From Candidatus Zhuqueibacterota bacterium (GTDB taxonomy: Bacteria; Zhuqueibacterota; Zhuqueibacteria; Residuimicrobiales; Krinioviventaceae), in assembly GCA_016928775.1 (NCBI GenBank), contig JAFGKD010000094.1, positions 9,504 to 73,503 of the forward strand: a DNA stretch of 64,000 nucleotides, given 5' to 3'. Position numbers and translations under genes: made by a program. Each line of letters begins with the position of its first letter. The first letter of the stretch is position 1. The notes below the pieces were generated by a model. The model was not told the origin of the DNA and made no database searches. It saw nothing but the letters and a program-made list of their open reading frames with translations. Positions 29,501 through 38,900 of the stretch are shown here, in pieces.

Positions 29501-32500
29501 GCTCAACAATCGTTTCAGCATCAATGTCCTCAACCTGCAGTGGAATGGTCAAAGATTCAGCGATGTTTTGCACCGGCTTGCCCTCAATGTCGGTAAAACT
29601 TGTGCGCAGGACTTGATGACGTTCTACCAGGGCATTCAGGCTTTTTCCCAGCGCTGCCACATTTAGCTCGCCTAACAAGCGAAGGGCGATCGGGATATTG
29701 TTAAACGCACTGTCCGGCTCAAGCTGATCCAGGAACCACAAACGTTGCTGGGCAAATGATAATGGCAACTCCTCCTCACGGTTCACCCTGATAATTGGAG
29801 CAACATCGAGTCCGGAATGTGCCGATAAAAGCCGATCAATATGAGCGCTCAATTCGGCCAAAGTGGCGGATTCAAAAACAACCTGCATCGGAATATCGAT
29901 TTCAAAAGCATCCCGCAGGCGACTGAGAAGCTGTGTGGCCAATAGTGAATGCCCACCCAGCGCGAAAAAATTGGCTTTGGAGCTGACATGCTCGATATGC
30001 AATAAATCCTGATAAAGTCCGGCGACCAGCTCCTGAGTTGGCGTGAGTGTAGTGATGGATTGCTCGTCCTCGACCTGGTCGGGTATGGGCAACGCTTTGC
30101 GATCAATTTTTCCGTTTGGCGTCAACGGAAAATCCTCCAACTGAACATAGGACGCGGGCAGCATATAGCCCGGCAGTTTTTCACGCAGGATATCATTGAA
30201 GGGTGCGGGATCAAAGGTTCCGCCCTCTTTGAGAATAACATAGGCGACGATTCGCTGTTGATTTTCTACGTCTTCTCTCGCAACGACCAAAGATTCTTTG
30301 ACATCTTTGATGCTGTCCACCAGCGCCTGAATTTCACCAAGCTCAACCCGAAATCCCCGAATTTTAATCTGGTGATCCACCCGCCCCTGAAAGACAATCT
30401 GGCCACTTGGCAAAAATTTGACGAGATCGCCGGTCGCATACAGGCGTTCACCCGGATTTTTCGCAAAGGGATTGGGGATAAATTTTTCCGCGGTTAAATC
30501 GGGGCGATTGTGATAGCCGCGTGCCAGGCCAATACCGGCAACGTATAATTGCCCAACCACACCAATGGGAACGCAATGATAGTTTTCATCTAAAATAAAG
30601 GTGCGCAAATTGCCGAGGGGTTTGCCAATTGGCGGAATTTCTGCACCGGGAATTCGACCATTCAATTCGGTCCAGGTGGCGGCAATGGTGGTTTCCGTTG
30701 GTCCATAGCCTTGGTACATCTTCCGGCCGGGCAACCAATGTTCAATCATCTCCCAGGAGCATGCTTCGCCGCCGGTCATAAGCGTTTTGATTTCCGATAG
30801 GTCATATTTTTCCAGCGATCTGAGAATTGAAGGAAGAGATAAGGCAATATTTGTATCGTGCTCACGAATGAAAGAGACCAGACGATCTGAATCCAGCAAC
30901 ATATCCGGCGGCACAAGATACAGCGTACTACCGGTTGACAAAGCTTTGAAAAAATCCGAAACAGAGACATCAAAGCTAAAGGACACCGATTGCAGTACCC
31001 GGGTGTTGCAGGACAAACCAAATGTTTCCTTTGCGACGGCAACATAACTGCACAGTCCACGATGCTGTAACAGTGTTCCTTTTGGATTGCCGGTTGATCC
31101 TGATGTATAGATCATATAAGCCAGATTATCTGCCAGGATCGGAAGATTCGGATTTTCGTTCTTTTCCTTCTCAATCTCCGGCCATTCAGCGTCGATGCAA
31201 ACAATTTTGCCGGTGATATCCGGTACATTTTTCAGATTTTCTTGCCAGGTAATTAAAACCTGCAATCCCGAATCTTCAATGAGATAGGAGATTCTCTCCA
31301 CAGGATAGTGCGGATCAATCGGCACGTAAGCTCCACCCGCTTTCATCACGCCAAGGATCGCGACGATCATATTGACACTTTTTTCCAGACAGACACCAAC
31401 GATAGATTCCGTTGTGACGCCAAAGCGGCGCAGATAGTGCGCCAACTGATTCGCCCGTTCATTCAACTCCTGATAGGTTATGGTGTCGCCGTTCGCGTAC
31501 ACCGCCAACTGGTCGTGACAATTGGCTGCTGCCTGCTCAAAAAGGCGGTGAATGGGTGTATCTTCCTTGTAGGGGAAATAAGTTTGATTCCAGCGAGAAA
31601 ATGTCGCTTTTTCCGCTTCCGTCAGAATATCGATATCTTTGATCGGAGCGTTCGGTGCACTGACAAATTGCTGCAAAATGACGCGCACATGCCCCAAAAG
31701 CCGGTGTATTGTGTCCGCAGCAAAAGCGTCACAATCATAAGCGACCTCAAATCCCATCTGCGCGCCCGGGGAACAGACAAAGGTCAATGGAAAGTTGGTT
31801 CTGGAGAAAAATTTCAGATTTTGCAGAGATACGGCTTTTTCCTGTTTGCCCAACGCTTCATCGACTGGATAGTTTTCAAAAACCAAAATGCTGTTAAATA
31901 ACGTCTCGTCACCGGCGATGTCACTCCAGCTCTTAATCTGCGCTAACGAGCTATATTCAAAACGGCGACTATCCGCCTGCTCGGCCTGCAATTTTTTCAG
32001 CCAATCCAGAATGCTCATATCGGGATCAAGATAGGTTCTGACCGGCAGCGTATTGATGAAAAGACCAACCATCTGATCGGCTCCTGCCAACTCGGGTGGG
32101 CGGCCGGAAGCTGTGGCGCCGAATAAAACATCCGGCTCGCCGGAATAACGGGAGAGGATCATGGCCCATACACCCTGGACGAGCGTATTGAGCGTCAAAC
32201 CGGATTCTTTGGTAAAGTCCGACAACCGCTCCGACTCCTCTTTGGACAGCATGATGCCGGTTGTTGTGTACTTGCCGTTGGGCTCGGTTCCGTATTTGAG
32301 CCGATCGACAACGAGCGGCGTCGGAGCCGAGAAACCTTTGAGCTGCTGTCGCCAAAAGGATTCTGCCTTGGCCATATCCTGCTCTTGCAGCCATTCGATA
32401 TAATGGCGAAATGGTGGACGTTCCGGAAAATCAATCGGTCGACCTTTGTCACATGCCTCATAAAGGCTGAAAAATTCCTGAATCAGCAAGGGTTGTGACC

Positions 32501-32951
32501 AGCCATCCAGCAGCAGATGGTGATGCGTCCAGACAAATTTAGTGGTGGTTTGAGTCGTTTGAAACAGCGCGATGCGCATGAGCGGCGCCTGGCTGAGTTC
32601 GAATCCCTTTTTGCGCTCGGCTGCCAGGAATCGTCGCAGTTTGGCCGCTTGTTGCTTGCGGCTTTTCATACGCCAGTCTTGCTGCGTTATCTCAAAATCG
32701 ACATGATCAAACACAACCTGAACGGGCTCATCAACGCCCTCCCAAACGAACGCTGTTCGCAGAATCGGATTACGCTTTATGATCGCCTGCCAGGCTCGCT
32801 GAAAGGCTTCGACATTGAGCGGACCGACAAAGTCACAATAAATTTGTTCAATATACGTTCCCGATTCCGGAGAATAGATGCTGTGGAACAGCATGCCCTG
32901 TTGCATGGGTGATAGTGGATAAATATCTTGAATATTGTTAGTGTTCATCAA
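26568..32951 (-). CDS. NRPS E (2127 aa): DCL-A-T-C-A-T
   Basis: The N-terminus IQDIYPLSPMQQGMLFHS is the C1 motif typical of D-peptidyl-accepting (DCL) condensation domains that start proteins following an E domain. Motifs: HHHLLLDGWS then MHHIISDGWS; A3 motifs near 31100 and 27945; T domains FFALGGHSLLATQ and FFDLGGHSLLATQ. There is no C-terminal catalytic domain. The start overlaps the stop of NRPS D by 4 nt. Confidence 0.9.
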   Translation of the reverse strand: MMNTNNIQDIYPLSPMQQGMLFHSIYSPESGTYIEQIYCDFVGPLNVEAFQRAWQAIIKRNPILRTAFVWEGVDEPVQVVFDHVDFEITQQDWRMKSRKQQAAKLRRFLAAERKKGFELSQAPLMRIALFQTTQTTTKFVWTHHHLLLDGWSQPLLIQEFFSLYEACDKGRPIDFPERPPFRHYIEWLQEQDMAKAESFWRQQLKGFSAPTPLVVDRLKYGTEPNGKYTTTGIMLSKEESERLSDFTKESGLTLNTLVQGVWAMILSRYSGEPDVLFGATASGRPPELAGADQMVGLFINTLPVRTYLDPDMSILDWLKKLQAEQADSRRFEYSSLAQIKSWSDIAGDETLFNSILVFENYPVDEALGKQEKAVSLQNLKFFSRTNFPLTFVCSPGAQMGFEVAYDCDAFAADTIHRLLGHVRVILQQFVSAPNAPIKDIDILTEAEKATFSRWNQTYFPYKEDTPIHRLFEQAAANCHDQLAVYANGDTITYQELNERANQLAHYLRRFGVTTESIVGVCLEKSVNMIVAILGVMKAGGAYVPIDPHYPVERISYLIEDSGLQVLITWQENLKNVPDITGKIVCIDAEWPEIEKEKNENPNLPILADNLAYMIYTSGSTGNPKGTLLQHRGLCSYVAVAKETFGLSCNTRVLQSVSFSFDVSVSDFFKALSTGSTLYLVPPDMLLDSDRLVSFIREHDTNIALSLPSILRSLEKYDLSEIKTLMTGGEACSWEMIEHWLPGRKMYQGYGPTETTIAATWTELNGRIPGAEIPPIGKPLGNLRTFILDENYHCVPIGVVGQLYVAGIGLARGYHNRPDLTAEKFIPNPFAKNPGERLYATGDLVKFLPSGQIVFQGRVDHQIKIRGFRVELGEIQALVDSIKDVKESLVVAREDVENQQRIVAYVILKEGGTFDPAPFNDILREKLPGYMLPASYVQLEDFPLTPNGKIDRKALPIPDQVEDEQSITTLTPTQELVAGLYQDLLHIEHVSSKANFFALGGHSLLATQLLSRLRDAFEIDIPMQVVFESATLAELSAHIDRLLSAHSGLDVAPIIRVNREEELPLSFAQQRLWFLDQLEPDSAFNNIPIALRLLGELNVAALGKSLNALVERHQVLRTSFTDIEGKPVQNIAESLTIPLQVEDIDAETIVEQEKLIAEQAAVETQTPFNLTEAPLFRARLLRVAPDDHVIFFTMHHIISDGWSISILVQEIAELYRAFVTDETPQLPPLPVQYVDFAEWQRRTLQGENLEKQLNYWQEKLAGNPGMLELPTDFPRPRVQSFHGDTLGRVLSPELSRATIAFSRQEGVTLFMTLFAAFATLLYRYSNQDDFNIGTPIANRNRSETEGLIGFFVNNLVLRCRFDERPTFLELLQQVRRTALEGYAHQDIPFEMLVERLQPERDLSHSPLFQVVFVMQNTPMSGLELPGLSMAPVDSENKTAKFDLSLQAAESPDGISLEFEYNTDLFKPETIERMLQHIELLLQNMLMEPDQRVDDIKIIPENEEYRLLHEWNANDIEFPTDKCAHEVFEAHVLTHPDAVAAIYNEQQLTYSELNARANQLARHLRGQGIEPDQLVGISLQRSLDQAVAVLGVLKAGAAFVPIDPTYPEDRIAYMLEDSGISILLSQSEIKKHLPQHGATVFCLDTDWEQCAAFAETNLDLNILSSNLAYVIYTSGSTGKPKGTMLQHQGAINLAQAQKTAFNIHPDKRILQFAPMSFDASVWETVMALLNGAALVFTDQENLTTGDGLLTVLRDQKITTVTLPPSVLAVVPKTDLPDLHTIITAGEKCPAELVERWRHGRHYFNAYGPTETTVCASMFLCDGRFPQGPPIGRPIDNAKLYILDAHFNPTPIGVAGELCVGGPSLARGYLNRPDLSAEKFIPNPFDPVGGSRLYRTGDLVRYLPDGNIEFLGRIDHQVKVRGFRIELGEIEAVLSEHPSVQNVIVLAKEIRQDDTRLVAYCVFETTEKPTVDDLRLYMKNRLPDYMVPATFVYLDEMPLTPSGKIDRKALPAPDLSRPDLQVEYVAPRNETEEKLVEICQELLRVDKVGVNDNFFDLGGHSLLATQFMSRMRTQFHVELPLRVLFEQPTVAGLAEAVEHAKLTAPKEDIPAITAVSRESRRRKLADIQTD

Positions 32952-32953
32952 AT

Positions 32954-35900
32954 CTATTTTCCCTTACCTTTATTCAGTTGTCCCAAAACTTTGCCCAATT
33001 GCCGCTTGTCCAGTTTAGCCAAATCATATTTGGGTGGCGTTTCTGCCTCCGGTTTGTGCTCTGGCGGAGAAATCAGGCGCTGCAAAGATTTTATATAAAA
33101 ATCAGCAAACCTTTCAATAGAAGATCTTTTATGAATTTGCGAACTGTAAGCAAAATGAATACTCAATCGCTCTCCGCTTACCTGAGCCGTCACGTCCAAC
33201 AGATTTTCGCGTCGTGTGGTGGCACTTCGATCCGCACCCTTGTTCTCGCGTGCCGGCTTGAATGGCGAAGACTTTTCCAGCACCTGGTCAAGCTGCCCCA
33301 GATAGTTAAAGCTGATTTCGGGCTGCGGCATGTTCGCCAGCTTTTGGCGGATATCCGGATCATCGGTCATATAACGCAACAATCCGTAGCCAATGCCAAA
33401 ACGCGGCGTTTGATCGAGCTGTCGTTTGATAGAATGTACTGACTCTTTGGCATCTTGCGCACGCTCGGCTTTTAAAAACAGCGGATAGAGCACAGTGAAC
33501 CAACCCATGGTACGCGATGTATCGACATTTTCGAACAGCATTTCGCGGCCGTGCCCTTCCATATCGATGAGCACGGAACGTTTGCCGCTCCATTGTGCAT
33601 ACGCCTCAACAAACGCCGTGAGCAGGAGATGATTTATCTGCGCCCCGAACTGTCCCGGCAGTTCGTGCAAAATTGTATTTGTTTCTTCTCGAGTAAGAGC
33701 CACAAAAACCGCCTCGGTGTCCGCTTCGTAATTATTCGAGCGTTGATCCGGCGCATCGACCGGTATCGGGCTAACCAACTGCCGCTCATAATGGCTCCAG
33801 GTCGGCAATTCGTCTTTTACCGTTTGCGATTGGGCATATTGTGCAAGCTGCTGCGCCCAGTATTGAAACGACGTCGTCTTGGCCGGCAGTCGGATAGCCT
33901 GATCGGCTGCGGCTTGCTGGTACGCCGTCTGTATATCTTCCAACAAGATGCGCCACGAGACACCGTCCATCACCAGATGATGCACGGCAATAAACAATCG
34001 ACTCGTCGAACCCAGATTAAAATTTGCACAAAGAAAAATTGGCCCATTTTGCAGGTTAAAAGACGCCTGTAGCTCGGCGCATTTTTCTTCGATGTGTTGT
34101 CGCTGTTGTGTTTCCTCTATGCGCGAAAGATCGAACTGATACAGCACCTGGTTTGGCTCTTCAGCAACAACGAGCTGCTGCCGGCTCCCATCGAGAATAA
34201 AACGGGCGCGCAGCATATCGTGATGCTGCTGAACGGCATATACCGCCTTTTCCAGAGCGTTGCCATCAAGAGCCTCCATAACGCCTAAAAGCAGCGATTG
34301 ATTCCAGTGATGTGGTGCCGCAAAGTCCTGTTCGAAAAACCAGCGTTGAATCGGTGTGAGCTCCACCGGACCTTCTATCAGACCTTGCTCGGCGACAACA
34401 ACGCCGCCCTGGACGGCAACGGCGGCAAGTCCAGCAATGGTTGGTTTCTCAAAGAGGAGCTTGGGCGTCAGACGAATCCCGGCCTGGTTGGCTTTGGCAA
34501 TGACCTGAATACTCATGATCGAATCGCCGCCAAGCTCAAAAAAATTGTTCCTGGTGCCGATATCCTGACGGCCTAAAATGTCCCGGAATATGCTGAGCAA
34601 CTTTTCTTCGATTTCATTTTCCGGCTCACCGGCAACCGTCTCTCCCTCCAGGTATTGGACATCCGGCCTGGGGAGTGCCTTGCGATTGATTTTGCCGCTG
34701 ATCAATTTTGGCAATTCATCTAATCGCATGAAGGCATGCGGAATCATATAGTCCGGCACACTTTCTTTCAGAAAAGCCCGTAATTCGGCAGCTGTCAACT
34801 CGACATCATTCTCGGTCACAAAATACGCCGCTAATTTTACATCCTTGCCACCGTCACGGCGCGCGACCACAACCACGTCGCGAATGTTTGCATGACCTCG
34901 CGAAGATGCTTCGATCTCACCCAGCTCCACGCGAAAGCCGCGCACCTTTACCTGGTCATCGACACGACCGATAAATTCAATATTCCCGTCCGGCAGAAAA
35001 CGCGCCAGGTCGCCGGTGCGATAAATGCGCGCACCTTCAACCTGACTCCAGGCGTCCGGGATAAATTTCTCGGCCGTCAGGTCCGGGCGATTCAGATAGC
35101 CGCGCGCCACACCGGCACCGCCAATGCACAATTCGCCGGGTACGCCAACAGGCGTAGGATTCAGGCGTTGATCGAGAATATAAATTTTATAATTGGGCAA
35201 CGGCTTGCCAATCGGCATAAAATCCAAACGATGCTGCTCATTTTCCGCCGGATCATACAGGGTTGCAATGATCGTCCCTTCGGTTGGCCCGTAGGTGTTG
35301 ACCCATTGCACGGTTTTGCCTGCCTGTTTGATCCAAAGCGCGTAGCGTTCCGGCGAGGCGGCCTCGCCGCCGGCAATGACCAGTCGAACCGATGGCGGCA
35401 CTATCTTGTCATAGGCATCGAGCTCATGTACCATTTCATGCCAATAGGCGGTCGGCAAATCAAGAATGGTAATCTGCTCACGATCAACAAAATCTAACAA
35501 CTCATCCACCGACATCACCACGCCGGCAGGACGCAGCACCAGCGTTGCGCCGCTGATCAATGTCGGAAAAATTTCTTCGACCGCGCCATCAAAATTGAGG
35601 GAGAAAAATTGCAAAATCTTGTCGCTTGAGGTATAATAAAAATCATGGCGAATGATATTGTTATGGTTGACCACACCTGCGTGCGTCACCAAAACGCCCT
35701 TGGGTGTGCCGGTTGAGCCGGACGTGTAAATGACATAAGCTAAAGCGTTCCCATCGACTGGAACATCGGGATTCACCACCGGCTCCGCCGCAATTTTATC
35801 CCACTCGCTGTCAAGACAAGTGAGATGAATGGTTTCGGAAGCAAATATCGATGCCAATTTCTCTTCTGTGAGCACAATGCGGACAGCCGCATCGTTCAGC

Positions 35901-38900
35901 ATAAAATCAATGCGTTCCTTTGGGTAATTCGGATCGAGTGGCAGATAGCCGGCGCCGCTTTTTAGTATGCCAAACAGCGCAACGATCATCTCCAGAGATC
36001 GATTGTAACAGAGCCCGACAAGCGAATCCGCTTGTGCACCCTGTTTGATCAGATAGTGCGCCACCTGATTGGCGCGCTCATTCAGCTCGGCATAGGTGAG
36101 CTGCTCGCCGCCAGCCTTGACCGCAACAAAATCCGGCGTGCGAATCACTTGTTGTTCAAATAATTGAAAAAGCGGCAACGCGTCGTATGCAACAGCTGTA
36201 TCATTCCATTCATGCACAATACGTTTCCGCTCCGCCTCCGGCAGCAAGCTATAATCGCTCACTGGTTTATCCGGCGCAGCCACGATCTCCTGCAGCAGCG
36301 TTTTCAAGTGCTCGATCATCCGGTGAATTGTTGATGCTTCGAACAAATCCGTATTATATTCAAATCCACCGACCAATTGTCCCGCATGCTCCTCCATGGC
36401 CAAGGTGAGGTCAAAGTTGGAGGTATGGGTCTCAATATTGATCTGTTCAAAAGTCAATCCAGATAAAGTCAAACTTTGAGACGGCATGTTTTGCAGCAGA
36501 AACATCACCTGAAATAGCGGGGTACGACTGGTATCGCGTTCCGGCTCAAGTGCGTCGACCAGTTTTTCAAACGGCACATCCTGGTGCGCATAAGCGCCAA
36601 GCGTCACTTCTTTGACGCGCTCGAGCACCGCGCGAAAACTCGGATGTCCGGAAAAGTCTGTTTTCAGGACAAGTGTATTGACAAAAAAGCCGATCAGATT
36701 TTCGATCTCGCTGTGATTTCGATTGGCGATCGGTGAACCGACCGCAATAAAATCCTGCTGGGTATAGCGGTACAGCAACGTTTGAAATGCCGCCAAGAGC
36801 GTCATAAACAACGTCACATTGTGCTGAGCCGTCAAGGCATTCAATGAGGCGGTTAGCTCGCGGGAGAGCGAAAACGAGCAATGCGCGCCGTTTGTCGTTT
36901 GAAAAGAAGGTCGTTTGAAATCCGTCGGCAGCTCAAGAACCTCATCTCCTGCACCGAGCTGATTTTTCCAATACTCTATTTCTTTTGTCAGCCTCTCCCC
37001 GTGCAGCCACTGTTGCTGCCAATACGCAAAATCCGCATACTGGATTTTTAGCGGAGGTAATGGCGTATTGTCCCCGCGAGACAAACGTTCATAAAGCGTC
37101 CCGACCTCTCGAACGAGCAGTCCAAACGACCAGCCGTCGGAGATGCTGTGGTGCATGGTCGAAGCAAAGATGTGTTCGTCTTCGCTCAGCCTGATCAGCC
37201 TGACTCGAAATAGCGGCGCAAGACCGAGATCGAATCCGGTTTTGGCATTTTCAAGAACAAGCGATTGTGCCTTTGTCTGACGCTCCGCTTCGCTCAACTG
37301 CGATATATCAACAACCGGAATGCTGATATTCAATTCTGCCCATACGCGCAATTTTGGCTTTCCCTCGATCGTGATGAATGCTGTTCGCAATACTTTATGT
37401 CGGTCAACGACTGCTTGTAAACAGCGGGTGAGAATATCGACATTCAGGTCACCCTTTATTCGAACCGCATCCGGAATATTGTATTGCGGATTACCCGGCT
37501 CGAGTTGATCAAGAAACCACATGCGCTGCTGGGCAAAGGAGAGCGGCTTTTCTGTCACCTCAGCCGGGGCAGGCAGGATCGGCGGACGATCAACGCCGTC
37601 TTTGTCACTTTTTTTCCTGTCAATGATCTCAGACAAATGGGCGACGGTCGGCCCGTCGAACAGATGACGCAGCGGTAGTTCGATACCAAGAACATCGCGA
37701 ATACGCGATACCAATTGTGTGGCAATAAGGGAATGGCCGCCGAGATCGAAAAAATTGTCGTGTATGCCGACCCGATCCACGCGTAACAGCTCGGCGTAAA
37801 CCGATGTCAGCATCTCTTCTGTCGGCGTTCGCGGTGCGACAAATTCGCTGGTGGATTCGATGCTCAAATCGGTCGGGATCGGCAACTGACGTTTATTCAG
37901 CTTGCCGCTCGGTGTTTTCGGGATCGTCTCGATGATCACAATTTTTGCCGGCACCATATAGGCCGGTAATCGCTCGGCCACATAGTGGCGCAATGTTTTC
38001 TCGTCAAGGGCAGGATCTCCGGCGACATAGGCCAGAATGATCTTTTCAGTTGTCGAAAGCGTATGCGCAAAAACCGCGCATTCTCTGACACCGGTGTAAT
38101 CGTGCAGCAGCGCCTCAATTTCGCCTAATTCCACGCGAAAGCCGCGTATCTTGACCTGAAAATCGGCCCGCCCGATATAGTCAAGCGCACCGTCTTGCAG
38201 AAAACGCACCAGATCGCCGGTTTTGTACATCACACTGCCGGGTCGCGCACTGAAAGGATCGGGCAAAAAAGACTCGGCCGTGACATCCGGGCGGTTTAAA
38301 TAGCCGCGCGTCACGTTCTTGCCACCCACATAAAGCTCCCCGGGCCAACCCATCGGCACCGGATTAAAATAGTCATCCAGAACATAATTGGTCACATTGG
38401 CGATAGGTCTGCCAATCGGCAACGATGACTTGGTTTCTGCGACAAAGTTTTCTCTTTTGGTAAAAAAAGCCGTACAAACGACCGCTGTTTCAGTCGGACC
38501 ATACGAATTGGTCAACTCGACATCTGCACCGCCATTGGTCTGCCAGGTGACAAATCGTTCCAACGAGGCGCGTTCGCCGCCGATGATGACAACACGCACG
38601 CTCGCCGGCACAGAAACGTTTTTCTGTTCCAACTCATAGACGAGCTGATGCCAATACGCCGTCGGGATATCAAGAATAGTGACCTCTTCTTTTTCGACAA
38701 GCTGGATAAATTCGAAAACCGAAAGCACCGGCCCGGCAGGACGCAACACCAGCGTCGCACCGGCCATCAACGTCGGAAAAATCTCCTCAACCGCAGCATC
38801 AAAATTGATCGAGGAAAATTGCAGCAGTTTGTCTTTCTCGGTGATCTCATAATCCGCAATGGTGGCGAGATTATGGTTGGCGACCGCCGCATGCTGCACC

